Of a DNA stretch of 30,731 bases, positions 8,953-17,818 are shown one piece after another. How positions within the stretch are numbered: the stretch's first letter is position 1; every line of letters begins with the position of its first letter. Below the pieces are notes generated by a model, which was not told the origin of the DNA, made no database searches, and worked only from the letters and a program-made list of their open reading frames with translations. The stretch spans positions 1 to 30,731 of IMG/VR virus record IMGVR_UViG_3300032156_000054. One strand, written 5' to 3'. Source of the DNA: a virus. Lineage: Duplodnaviria; Caudoviricetes. The translations under genes and the position numbers were made by a program.

Positions 8953-9854
8953 GCGCAAACCACAAAAGCGAGGGGTGTGTCCCGACGGTCACGCCCCTCT
9001 TGACCGCCCCACAGATCGCCACGACGCGGGTGGTCATAGCTCTACCGTGGTTGAAGCACACCAACCCCCTGACAGCCTTTTCTGTGATGGGTTTGGTGGA
9101 TCGGCGTCGCACCGGGCTCATGCTGAATTATGGGGATGCTTTTGTGGCGCACTCTCGAAACAAATGCGCGGACCACTTTCTTCAATCTCCGTTTGATTGG
9201 CTGCTCATGTTGGACGACGACATGATAGTTCCTTTTGGGGATGCTGCGTGGTTCAAGAACAACACTGGATTTGATTTCTTATCTGATCGGTTTGCCGGGT
9301 TGAACGCCCTTGACCGGTTGCTTTCGCACGGCAAGACGCTGGTGGGGGCTCTTTACTTCGGACGACAGCATTTCGGCGCTCCCATGTATTGCGAGGGCGC
9401 CAGTCAAGCGACGGAGGCGGAGTTTGCGCGCCGAGGTCCGCATGAACTGTTGAAGCCAACCCGATGGGTGGCGACGGGGTGTATGCTTATTCATCGACGG
9501 GTTTTTGAAGACATCGAGAAGAAGTTTCCTCGGCTCGCGCGGGGGCAAAACAAGATGGGCGGTCAGTGGTTCACATCCAGCGAGCATCATGCGATGGATT
9601 TGATAGATCGGGTTCGCAAGTTGTGTTCAGAGGGCTCCATGACGGCGGAGAAGGGCTTCAAAGCATTTGAGATGCTGGAAGCCGGTGCGGAGTTGTGCCG
9701 GCGTCAATCTAGTTTGGCGATGGGGGAGGACGTGGCCTTCTGTGTGAGGGCTGCTGAGGCGGGGCACCAGCCGTTTGTTGACATGGGCCTCTTGTGCGGG
9801 CATGTGGGCGCTTGTTGCTTTGGGCCGCGCAACACCTTTCCGAAGCCCCGATGA
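8949..9854 (+). CDS. Glycosyltransferase, GT-A fold (GT2-like)
   Basis: SRN..ADHFL, DxD motif WLLMLDDDM, ATGCMLIHRRVF, and GEDVAFC.RA...G....VD....GH. Confidence 0.82.
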   Translation: MSANHKSEGCVPTVTPLLTAPQIATTRVVIALPWLKHTNPLTAFSVMGLVDRRRTGLMLNYGDAFVAHSRNKCADHFLQSPFDWLLMLDDDMIVPFGDAAWFKNNTGFDFLSDRFAGLNALDRLLSHGKTLVGALYFGRQHFGAPMYCEGASQATEAEFARRGPHELLKPTRWVATGCMLIHRRVFEDIEKKFPRLARGQNKMGGQWFTSSEHHAMDLIDRVRKLCSEGSMTAEKGFKAFEMLEAGAELCRRQSSLAMGEDVAFCVRAAEAGHQPFVDMGLLCGHVGACCFGPRNTFPKPR

Positions 9855-9855
9855 A

Positions 9856-10641
9856 ATGAGACGGCTGAACCTCAAAGCATCAAAGGAAGTAACTGTGGCA
9901 AACAAGAGTGTAGATCGACAGACTCCGGTTCATCGGATGCTATTAGCTTTGCAATTTTGGAACGGGGATAAGGTGATGGCAGGAAAGTTGGCGAGGTTGA
10001 TTGCGGATCTGGAGCCTCGTCATTTGGAGCTTGCAGACTTTTTGTTTGTGTCGAGATTCGATTGCGCCCCCGATAGGGACGTTGTTGAATACGTGAAACG
10101 GAAGTTCAATACCTACACATACATTTGCCGCAACCGAGGGACGGGGCATCCTCTTGGGTGCAATACTCTTTGGTTCGCCACCTTGGGATGGTTGTTGTCG
10201 ATGCGGGAGGCGCGGAAGGTTCCGCCATACAAGTGCATGTTCACTATCGAGGCAGACGGGTGTCCGATGTCGCCGACTTGGATTTCGGAGATGCTTCAGG
10301 CATGGGACGTGGTTCAGCCAGCCAGCGTAGTCGGGTGTCAGGAGACCATTCCTCCGCACATCAATGGAAATATGATGGTATCGGCGAACCTGGCGTTCCT
10401 CCATCGGATCGCCCGGCAGGTTGGTGGGGTGCATCCGCGCGCGAGTTGGGACATTGCCATGTGGAACGAATTCCGAAAGTGGGGGACTGCCAACATCCGC
10501 CCGATGATCCACAACACCTATCGGGTGCCTCACGCGGATCATGCGTTTTTTGAAGCCCGGCAAGCAGAGGGGTGCGTCTATTCGCATGGCGTGATGGACG
10601 ACAGCCTGAAGCAGATCGTTCGAGAGACTTTTTTGACTTGA
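9856..10641 (+). CDS. Putative second glycosyltransferase-like protein
   Basis: FTIEADGCP (ExD variant of DxD), HINGN, SWD and C-terminal HG motifs consistent with a GT-A fold. Start is ATG 9856 or GTG 9895 (AAGGA upstream). Confidence 0.5.
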   Translation: MRRLNLKASKEVTVANKSVDRQTPVHRMLLALQFWNGDKVMAGKLARLIADLEPRHLELADFLFVSRFDCAPDRDVVEYVKRKFNTYTYICRNRGTGHPLGCNTLWFATLGWLLSMREARKVPPYKCMFTIEADGCPMSPTWISEMLQAWDVVQPASVVGCQETIPPHINGNMMVSANLAFLHRIARQVGGVHPRASWDIAMWNEFRKWGTANIRPMIHNTYRVPHADHAFFEARQAEGCVYSHGVMDDSLKQIVRETFLT

Positions 10642-10654
10642 ACGGTTCCAGGTT

Positions 10655-10827
10655 TTGCGACACATCTTGTTGGGAAGCGCCTTATCAAAGCCCTTCGTCT
10701 TGGCGCTGACGAGGAAGACCTACCGGCTGCCGGTCACAGCGACGAGCAAAACAAAATCTCTGCACTGAGGATAGTTTTCAGTGTCCGGCGTTGAGACCCG
10801 GTTTGTAAGTCTCTGGAGACCAATAAA
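10655..10827 (+). promoter_or_regulatory. Motif copy 3 plus structured 5' leader of the capsid gene
   Basis: TTGCGACACATCTTG (10655-10669), then hairpins at 10693-10714, 10722-10734, 10763-10783 and 10809-10820. A-rich sequence without SD precedes the ATG. Confidence 0.4.
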
Positions 10828-12126
10828 ATGGCTTTTTTCTGCGACGATCCTTCGGACATCAGTGATGTTGCCCAGAAGGACACACAACGGCTCGTCGGTG
10901 CTATTGCTAAGGCTTTGGCAGCGAACGCCCCGTATATGAACGTGATCAGTGGTGGTGCGTTCCCTTCGGGCGTGTCTGACGAGATCCGGTCGGTGGTGCA
11001 GATGCAGGCGGCTCCGGGTGATTCCTTCGCCCTGCCGACTTTCGTTTGCGACATCGACCTTTGCGGCACCACAGGGCATCAAGACCTGACGGATGCCATC
11101 AACTTCACCACGAAGCTGGAGAGTTTTCGTGGTCGGGGTCCAAACATTTGCGTCAAGAAAGGTTACGCCGCTTTCAAGGGTAGCTACGTTGCTGCCGAAG
11201 ACAGTTTGCGGAAACTTGTGACGCAATACATCAACGCGGACATCCGCGCGCAGCTTTACCTGCGAAGTGCGTCCAAGTTCACGGCAAACGCGAACTACGA
11301 CTTCAACAGTCTGTGGACCGGTGGGTTTGAGACTGATTTGGGGGTTCAGTTTGCGCCGCTGCTTCCGACTGGTCCTATGACCTTCAAGGCCCTGCACTAC
11401 ATCGCCCGCTACATGCGAGAAGTGCTGTTCGCCGAATGGTTTGAGGCCGGGCAAGGGATGCCGCATTTCCGCTTCATCGGCGGCTCTGATCAGGTGGAAT
11501 ACTTCCGCTCTGAGATTGGGGTTCAAAACGTGATGGTTGCCCTGACCACGGGCGGCTACAAACTGGGCGAAACCACGCTGACAGCCTACTCGTTTGAGCA
11601 GTCGCCGGCCTATCGTGGTATCGCGTTTGGTGTTGATCAACGCCCGTTGCGGGCGTCGGGGTTCAAGCAGGACGGCACCCTGGATCTGATCGACCCTGTG
11701 ACCATCGTCCACAATGTCGCGAAGGGCACCGCGTATGCAAAGCCGAATCCGTCTTGGATCGCGGCGGACTACGAGTTGGGAATGCTCATTGCAGACGGCA
11801 GCTTCGAGCGCCTGGTCCCGGAGAAGTATGTTGGCGAGGGGACGTTCAAATTCGCGCCTCAGCTTCACATGGGAGAGCTTGAATGGCACTACATTCAAGA
11901 CAATCAGTGCAATCAGTGGGGTGACTTCGGCTGGCACAAGTATCAGATCACTCGTGCTTACCGTCCGTTGCGTCCGCAGTGGATTGTTCCGATTCTCTAC
12001 AAGCGTTGCAAGGCTGACCTGGGCCTGATCGACTGCACCACGGATTCTGCGTCGGAGTATTCCGGCTCGGATGCCTACAGCACGGTAGGAGTGGAGTGCG
12101 AATCGAGCCTGCCTGAGATTTGCTGA
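10828..12126 (+). CDS. Major capsid protein (putative)
   Basis: 432 aa with strongly biased codons (ttc/atc/aac/ggt/cgt), downstream of the scaffold, preceded by a long leader and followed by a strong terminator. Confidence 0.78.
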   Translation: MAFFCDDPSDISDVAQKDTQRLVGAIAKALAANAPYMNVISGGAFPSGVSDEIRSVVQMQAAPGDSFALPTFVCDIDLCGTTGHQDLTDAINFTTKLESFRGRGPNICVKKGYAAFKGSYVAAEDSLRKLVTQYINADIRAQLYLRSASKFTANANYDFNSLWTGGFETDLGVQFAPLLPTGPMTFKALHYIARYMREVLFAEWFEAGQGMPHFRFIGGSDQVEYFRSEIGVQNVMVALTTGGYKLGETTLTAYSFEQSPAYRGIAFGVDQRPLRASGFKQDGTLDLIDPVTIVHNVAKGTAYAKPNPSWIAADYELGMLIADGSFERLVPEKYVGEGTFKFAPQLHMGELEWHYIQDNQCNQWGDFGWHKYQITRAYRPLRPQWIVPILYKRCKADLGLIDCTTDSASEYSGSDAYSTVGVECESSLPEIC

Positions 12127-12152
12127 GTGAATCGTCGGTGTAGGTGACACAC

Positions 12153-12187
12153 GGGCCGGACGGTAGGGGGTGCCGTCCGGCCTTTTC
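12153..12187 (+). terminator. Rho-independent terminator after the capsid gene
   Basis: GGCCGGACGGTA-GGGGG-TGCCGTCCGGCC forms a 12-bp stem, followed by TTTT. Confidence 0.85.
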
Positions 12188-12197
12188 ACTCCAGGAT

Positions 12198-12410
12198 ATG
12201 TGGAACACAGACGAAGGCAAGATTTCCTTTTTGGCGGCAGGAAACCTTTTGCTATCGGGAGCCGGTGACTGGTTGGTGATGCTTGAGCCCTGGCTGCACT
12301 CCTTATTGCAGTTGGGTCAGATTTTGGTCGCTTTGGCGACAGTCGTTTACATCGTCAAAAAGACCCTTTTGCTGAAATCTAAACGGCGGGCGAAAAAACA
12401 GCAGCCATGA
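12198..12410 (+). CDS. Small membrane protein, holin-like
   Basis: 70 aa from ATG 12198 (MWNTDEG...), with hydrophobic segments and a strongly basic C-terminus (KKTLLLKSKRRAKK). Confidence 0.5.
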   Translation: MWNTDEGKISFLAAGNLLLSGAGDWLVMLEPWLHSLLQLGQILVALATVVYIVKKTLLLKSKRRAKKQQP

Positions 12411-13171
12411 AGCGAGCTATTGCGATTTTTTTGGTGATCCCCTGGTTGGCGGGGTGTGGAACGCTTATCCCCAAGAGGGTTGAATTTGGCCAAGACAAGG
12501 TGCGGGCATTTCCTGAAGCCAAACGTGGAGAAACGGAGATCCAGAAGCAGGTTGCCCGGCGTGCGGCGGAGAGTGCGCAGGAGGTGCTTCAGAATGCGTT
12601 GATCGTTGACGCCCCTCCGAACGTGGTGGAGCCGGCGAAGGACGCAGCGATTTTGACCGAGGTGGTTTCGGAGTCGATTGGGGCTCCGTCGAAATCGGCG
12701 CCGGGGGACGCGACTGCAAAGGCGCTTGCGCAAGAGTTGCGCGCGGCAATGGCAAAATTTGACCAACGTCTGGATGAATTCAAGCGCGGAAACAACGAGA
12801 ACGCCGGAAAGAAGATTGAGGGGACCGGGTTTTTGCAGATCCCATATTTTGTCTGGCTGTTCGTCGTGGCGGCGATGGGTTTTGTCGGCCTGATCATTCT
12901 GGCGATTTTGTGGACGGCAGTCAAGATGTTTGCGATGGGCAACCCTCCGCTTCAACTGGCAACCGGGGCCGTGCAGGCCGGGGCTGGATTCTTCAAGCGG
13001 GCGCTGGGGGAAGTAGTTTCCGGGGGCGAGGAGTTCAAGAAGTCGGTGATGAAGAAGGTGAAAGATCCGGCGCTACAAGAAGAAATCAAGGAACTCTTCA
13101 AAGTCGAGCATAAACAGGCGCAGAGCAAGGACACACAGCAACTTGTGTCCGCAATGACCTTCAGGGAGTAA
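12407..13171 (+). CDS. Lipoprotein with internal TM helix (u-spanin-like)
   Basis: Signal peptide MKRAIAIFLVIPW + lipobox LAGC, a helical region, then TM YFVWLFVVAAMGFVGLIILAILWTAV. Confidence 0.55.
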   Translation: MKRAIAIFLVIPWLAGCGTLIPKRVEFGQDKVRAFPEAKRGETEIQKQVARRAAESAQEVLQNALIVDAPPNVVEPAKDAAILTEVVSESIGAPSKSAPGDATAKALAQELRAAMAKFDQRLDEFKRGNNENAGKKIEGTGFLQIPYFVWLFVVAAMGFVGLIILAILWTAVKMFAMGNPPLQLATGAVQAGAGFFKRALGEVVSGGEEFKKSVMKKVKDPALQEEIKELFKVEHKQAQSKDTQQLVSAMTFRE

Positions 13172-13173
13172 GT

Positions 13174-14235
13174 ATGTCGTGCGAATGTGATCAACGGAAC
13201 ACCTGGCCGGCTGGCGGATGCTGCAACCCATGCTCCGCCTCGGCGGCGAACACTGCGGAATGTGAGACACTCCCATCCCAGATTTCAAACTTCACCAAGA
13301 GTTTCTTCGGCGAGGTGACAAAGACGGAATTGGATGGGGAAGTTCAGTGGGTGCTTCCGTGTAACTTGGAAACCGGGTTGGAGAACAATCCGCGCGCTCC
13401 CGATGAGGGGCTGGCGTGTTATTTTTTGCGGCTCTTTCAGGATGGCATCCTTGGGCTGACGGGTCCGACAGGAGCGGCGGGCAACGATGGCGCAGATGGG
13501 TTCAACGCCTACACAGTCACAACTCAAACTTTTCTTCAGCCATCGCTGTCTGATCCGAATCGGGTAATACGGACAGCCTACAACCCGGCGATTATGGAGA
13601 ACCTGGTGGTTTTCGTCAGAGGGTCGGGCTGGTATGTTGTAAACAGCTACGATCTTGACGGGGCGCTGCATGGGACTGTCATTTCGGTTGTGTCCGGCAC
13701 AGCCTACAATAGTGCAGTAACGGCGGGGAAACTGGTCGCGCCCACCGGGCCGCAAGGAGTGTCGGTTGTTGGCCCGACGGGACCGACGGGACCACAAGGC
13801 CCAACGGGTGCCTCGGGTCCGAATCCGACAGCGGTAAACGATTGGGTGCAGTGCGAGGGAGATCCGTGGTTCGTCCAAGTTGCTTACACGCAGGTTCAAT
13901 TTTCCGGCGGCACGATTCAAGACCCAGAGTTGCTTTTGCCGGACGCTGGGGAATATCGGGTGGAGGCGATTTTGGACTTGCAGTCGATACCGGACCCAAC
14001 AGAGACCTTCCCACTGCTGAAGTTCAAGTTTCAGCTTGATGGCGGAGACGTGAGCGGATCGGAGATCCGGTTTTCCAACATGCAGTGGGATACTTATCAC
14101 ACTCTTACTTTTTGGGCTTACTTGACGACAAGTGGTGTCAATCAGCAAGTGACACTATGGGCCAATGCCGGGACGGCGGATCGGGTTTACATTCGCGGGG
14201 CGAAAACGAGAATGGCGTATGTGCGGCTGTCATAA
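13174..14235 (+). CDS. Collagen-repeat fibre protein with Cys-rich N-terminus
   Basis: G-X-Y runs (GLTGPTGAAGNDGADG; GPTGPTGPQGPTGASGP), a beta-rich C-terminal domain, and N-terminus MSCECD..GGCCNPC. Confidence 0.72.
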   Translation: MSCECDQRNTWPAGGCCNPCSASAANTAECETLPSQISNFTKSFFGEVTKTELDGEVQWVLPCNLETGLENNPRAPDEGLACYFLRLFQDGILGLTGPTGAAGNDGADGFNAYTVTTQTFLQPSLSDPNRVIRTAYNPAIMENLVVFVRGSGWYVVNSYDLDGALHGTVISVVSGTAYNSAVTAGKLVAPTGPQGVSVVGPTGPTGPQGPTGASGPNPTAVNDWVQCEGDPWFVQVAYTQVQFSGGTIQDPELLLPDAGEYRVEAILDLQSIPDPTETFPLLKFKFQLDGGDVSGSEIRFSNMQWDTYHTLTFWAYLTTSGVNQQVTLWANAGTADRVYIRGAKTRMAYVRLS

Positions 14236-14428
14236 TCAAGAGTGCAAGTTTGTTCCGAAGACAGTAGCCGAGAATTTGGTGAGTTCGTGCTGTTGTGGAG
14301 ACGAAGGGCAGGGCGGTTTCATCATGCCGCAGGCTCCTGAATTCGTCCCAACGGTGGTAAATCCGCCGCTTGATGCACAGGCGGAAGGGTTTTTGATGGT
14401 AGCTGGTCGGTATCCGTATAACCTATGA
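14219..14428 (+). CDS. Small Cys-rich hypothetical protein
   Basis: 69 aa from ATG 14219 (MCGCHNQEC...SSCCCG). It fills the gap and has an ATGA overlap with the next gene. Confidence 0.55.
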   Translation: MCGCHNQECKFVPKTVAENLVSSCCCGDEGQGGFIMPQAPEFVPTVVNPPLDAQAEGFLMVAGRYPYNL

Positions 14429-14784
14429 AAAAGATTGATTTTGATCTGGAGGGTAAGGGGAGTTTTGGTGGTCCTGAAACGAAGCCCTATGACCCTGGGA
14501 AAGAATATCCGCGCTTCGACATTTGTTGCGATGAGCGTTTGGCGTTGCCGGCAAAGGGGAAGATGGTCGTCGAATATAAGATCTCCCATGCTTCGGTGGA
14601 CCCAGACGCCGACGCGCAGAGGACCAAGTTCCGATACACCATCGAGGTGTGCGAAATTTGCGAAGCCGAATCTTCGGAACCGAGAGCGCCGGCCAAGAAT
14701 GGGGGCAAGGAGACGGAAGACGCCCTCGACGCTTTAGCCAAAATGGCGTCGGAAGAGGAAGAGGACGAGGAAAAAGAAGACTGA
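14425..14784 (+). CDS. Acidic hypothetical protein
   Basis: 119 aa with a poly-Glu C-terminus, coupled to both neighbours. Confidence 0.7.
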   Translation: MKKIDFDLEGKGSFGGPETKPYDPGKEYPRFDICCDERLALPAKGKMVVEYKISHASVDPDADAQRTKFRYTIEVCEICEAESSEPRAPAKNGGKETEDALDALAKMASEEEEDEEKED

Positions 14785-14786
14785 GT

Positions 14787-15740
14787 ATGATCCTGGTGGA
14801 AGACATCTACGACGAGGCGCAAAAGATTGTCGGAAGTTGCGACGAGGTTAAGCTCTTTCGGTGGATCACAGACGCGGTGTCTCTGATAGCCAACAAGGAG
14901 GATCTTGAAGGCTGGAAGGGCTTTTGTGACATCTGCGCCAACTACGACCAGTGTGTTACTCTTCCTCGCGAGGTCGAGACGGTCATTGCCGTCAACATCG
15001 GCGGCAGGCCAACCTTTGCGCACGACCAGCTTTTCAACTTTCATCTGAACGGTCCTGGAGATTGCAAGACTCCGTGTTCCTGGACCTGGCAGGATCAAGC
15101 TGCTTTTCACTGCACTTACCGGGATTTGAAAGATCCCGCGCTGTTGGTTGCGTATCTACAGCGGCCTTCCGATGCGGGAAAGCGGCTGATTGTGTTTGGC
15201 TATGATGACAAGGGCTACCCGTTGCAGCGTGAGGAAAACGGAACCTGGGTTGAGGGCTACTTGGTTCCGACGGTTTATGGCTACGCCTTGCCGGATTCTG
15301 AAGCGCCTCTGGTGTCACGGATTACGGCTGTTCAAAAGGATGTCACGGATGGCGTTGTCCGCCTCTCCACAACCGATGACTCCGGGGTGACAGGGACGTT
15401 GCTTGGGGTGTATGAGCCAGACGAGAGGCTTCCTCGATACCGTCGGATTAAGTTGTCCCGTCCGACGACCTGGGCTCGGATTGCCTACCTCAAGAAGAAT
15501 CCTGAAATCACCAGCCGGCGGGATCACGTTCCCATGTTGAGCCGGATCGCGTTGTTGCTTGCGGTGCGCGCGTTGAAGTATTACAACGAACTGGATTTGG
15601 GGTCGGCGCACACTTATGAGGCCGATGCGGCGAGGTTGGAGATGGAAGCCCAGACGCGGCTTGAGCCTCCGATTGCGTCTCCGTTGCAGGTGGTAGATAT
15701 GAACAATCCGAGGAACAAGCTCGAATTTGAGATCACATGA
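14787..15740 (+). CDS. Head-tail adaptor / tail tubular protein A-like (putative)
   Basis: ATG 14787 (MILVEDIY...), with helical termini around a beta core, immediately upstream of the nozzle-like gene. Synteny-based. Confidence 0.55.
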   Translation: MILVEDIYDEAQKIVGSCDEVKLFRWITDAVSLIANKEDLEGWKGFCDICANYDQCVTLPREVETVIAVNIGGRPTFAHDQLFNFHLNGPGDCKTPCSWTWQDQAAFHCTYRDLKDPALLVAYLQRPSDAGKRLIVFGYDDKGYPLQREENGTWVEGYLVPTVYGYALPDSEAPLVSRITAVQKDVTDGVVRLSTTDDSGVTGTLLGVYEPDERLPRYRRIKLSRPTTWARIAYLKKNPEITSRRDHVPMLSRIALLLAVRALKYYNELDLGSAHTYEADAARLEMEAQTRLEPPIASPLQVVDMNNPRNKLEFEIT

Positions 15741-17818
15741 GCCAGCCAGCGCGCCTAGACGACTTTGATGGCCTGTTTTTCAAGGGAGCCAAATCGGATT
15801 CTGATCCGGGGTTGCTTCCGAAAGGATTCTATTGGATGGCTGTCAACATGATCAACACCGGGGGAGTGCTATCAACCCGCCCTGGTTATCGGTGCATCGT
15901 GTCTCTTCCTGATGGGAACCTACAGGGAGCTACGTTTTTTCGACCCCGCATGGGGTTGGAACAAGTGGTTGTTGCCATCTCTGGGAAGATATTTGTTGCG
16001 GAGTATCCTTTTCACGAGTTTCGTTTGTTGGACAACATCAAGCTTTCTGAATCTGCCAAGCAGGTGTTTTGGTGCCTGACAGAGCAATCGGTTCGGCGAA
16101 CCTCCACGGAATTCGCGGCTCCTTTGAAGGTGGTTGTTCCTCGTAAGGTCTTGTTTATTCAAGACGGCGGGCTGACGGCTCCGGCCTGGTATGACGGATC
16201 GAGTTCAGGGGGCGTTCGTTTAGGGGAGCTTGAGGTGGTCCCCGGTTTGAAGAATTCGGACGGATCACCCTACACTCAACCCGCCCAAGGGGCCGATAAC
16301 TTTGGGACTCCGACGGGCGGGCCTATGGCCTGGATTGGGGACCGCCTATGGGTTGCTCGTGGAACGTATGTGTATGCGTCTGACATCGCGAACCCCTTTT
16401 CTTTTCGGGAACAACAGTATCTTGGGACAATCTCGGCGTTTGTGCTTCCAGACGAGGTGACGGCTCTGGCGGTGACGCCGGGATCAGACGCTCCGCAGTT
16501 GTTGGCCTACACGACGACTAACTGCACACTAATCAGAGCGAGTATTCGGAATCGCGATTTGTGGGCGACGACGGACGACATGCAGCGGGAGTGGCTGAAG
16601 ATTGGGTGCCCTTCACAGCGGTCTGTGGTCAATCACGTCGGGCAGCTTTCTTGGTTCACCAATACCGGCATTGTCATTTACGATTCCGCGGTTGCCGCGC
16701 GGCACATATCCCGTATTCCGGTTCGGGACATGGAGATGATTGTCAGTAAGTCCACGTTGAGTCCAGACTTGAGTTTGGTAGCCGGCGGGGCGTTTCAGCA
16801 GTTTTTGATGATGAGCGTTCCCGCAGGGGACATTTACAACACCCATACATGGGTGATGAACAGCGCTAGCATTGAAACTTTGAACGATGAGTCGGGACCG
16901 TCATGGTGTGGATACTGGATCGGAACCCGCCCTGTTGAATGGCTGACAGGATTTGTGGCGGGATCTGAACAATGTTACTACGTGTCGAAGGATTCGGATG
17001 GCGCGAACCGGCTTTGGCGCGCGTTTGAGCCGGATCGAAAAGACAACGGCTGCCCGATCATCTGGTCCGTGGAAACCAGAGGCTATTTTGGTGCGGCCTC
17101 TCAAGTAGCGGGGAAGCCGGCGGGTCAGGATTGCCAGTTTCGATATGTGGACCTGTCGTTGTGCGGCATTTCGGAAGATTTGGATCTGGCGGTCTTTTTT
17201 GCGCCGGGGATTCGGGGCTCTTACCACCAGATACTCACCAAGAGGCTTGCGGTAGAAAAAGGAAGCCTCCGATATGATGTTTTGTTGCGGGCCGACACTC
17301 CGGTTTTTGCTTACAAGCCGCAATCGCGAACCCTTCGCACCGAGGACGCCCCCCTGGAGATGAGCATAGAAGAGACCGGCGGGTGTCCGGTTGAGCGCGA
17401 GTTCCTGGATTACATCGACGAGTCGCACCAAGTCATGGTAGTCGGAAGCGGGGTTGCGACCATTCGCTGGATTCGGGCTTTTGGGGAGTTGCGCACGCCA
17501 GATTTTTCTGGAGATGGTAAAGCCTGCACGGATGAAACCGGGGTTCGAGGGGTCCGGTTTGATGGGTTCGCGGCTGAAGGGAACACCCCGGAAGAGGTAA
17601 TCAGTGAGCTTGCCTCGAAGGGGATTCAGAGTTATGAGGCGAATGCGACAGTAACGGCGACTCAGGGAGGGCAATCGGCGGTTGGAGTCGGGCATTCGGA
17701 GAGCGTAATTTCACAGGATGCGGCGGATCGTGTTGCGGAGATTATCGCGACGCGGCAAGCTGAGCACGAACTGGAAAACCTCCTCCCCAAAATCATCAGT
17801 GCCGGGGAAGACCTATGA
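15737..17818 (+). CDS. Tail nozzle / tubular protein B (P22 gp10-like stabilisation protein, putative)
   Basis: 693 aa, beta-propeller-like (N..NTGGVLSTRPG; GDRLWVA..VYASDI; IGCPSQRSV), at the typical podovirus position. Confidence 0.68.
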   Translation: MSQPARLDDFDGLFFKGAKSDSDPGLLPKGFYWMAVNMINTGGVLSTRPGYRCIVSLPDGNLQGATFFRPRMGLEQVVVAISGKIFVAEYPFHEFRLLDNIKLSESAKQVFWCLTEQSVRRTSTEFAAPLKVVVPRKVLFIQDGGLTAPAWYDGSSSGGVRLGELEVVPGLKNSDGSPYTQPAQGADNFGTPTGGPMAWIGDRLWVARGTYVYASDIANPFSFREQQYLGTISAFVLPDEVTALAVTPGSDAPQLLAYTTTNCTLIRASIRNRDLWATTDDMQREWLKIGCPSQRSVVNHVGQLSWFTNTGIVIYDSAVAARHISRIPVRDMEMIVSKSTLSPDLSLVAGGAFQQFLMMSVPAGDIYNTHTWVMNSASIETLNDESGPSWCGYWIGTRPVEWLTGFVAGSEQCYYVSKDSDGANRLWRAFEPDRKDNGCPIIWSVETRGYFGAASQVAGKPAGQDCQFRYVDLSLCGISEDLDLAVFFAPGIRGSYHQILTKRLAVEKGSLRYDVLLRADTPVFAYKPQSRTLRTEDAPLEMSIEETGGCPVEREFLDYIDESHQVMVVGSGVATIRWIRAFGELRTPDFSGDGKACTDETGVRGVRFDGFAAEGNTPEEVISELASKGIQSYEANATVTATQGGQSAVGVGHSESVISQDAADRVAEIIATRQAEHELENLLPKIISAGEDL

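Noticed and set aside
10720-12189. 489-aa minus-strand ORF (and other long antisense ORFs such as 3925-4887, 7981-8958, 13285-14148)
   Set aside because: These are shadows of GC-rich, codon-biased + strand genes, with no motifs or protein-like composition.
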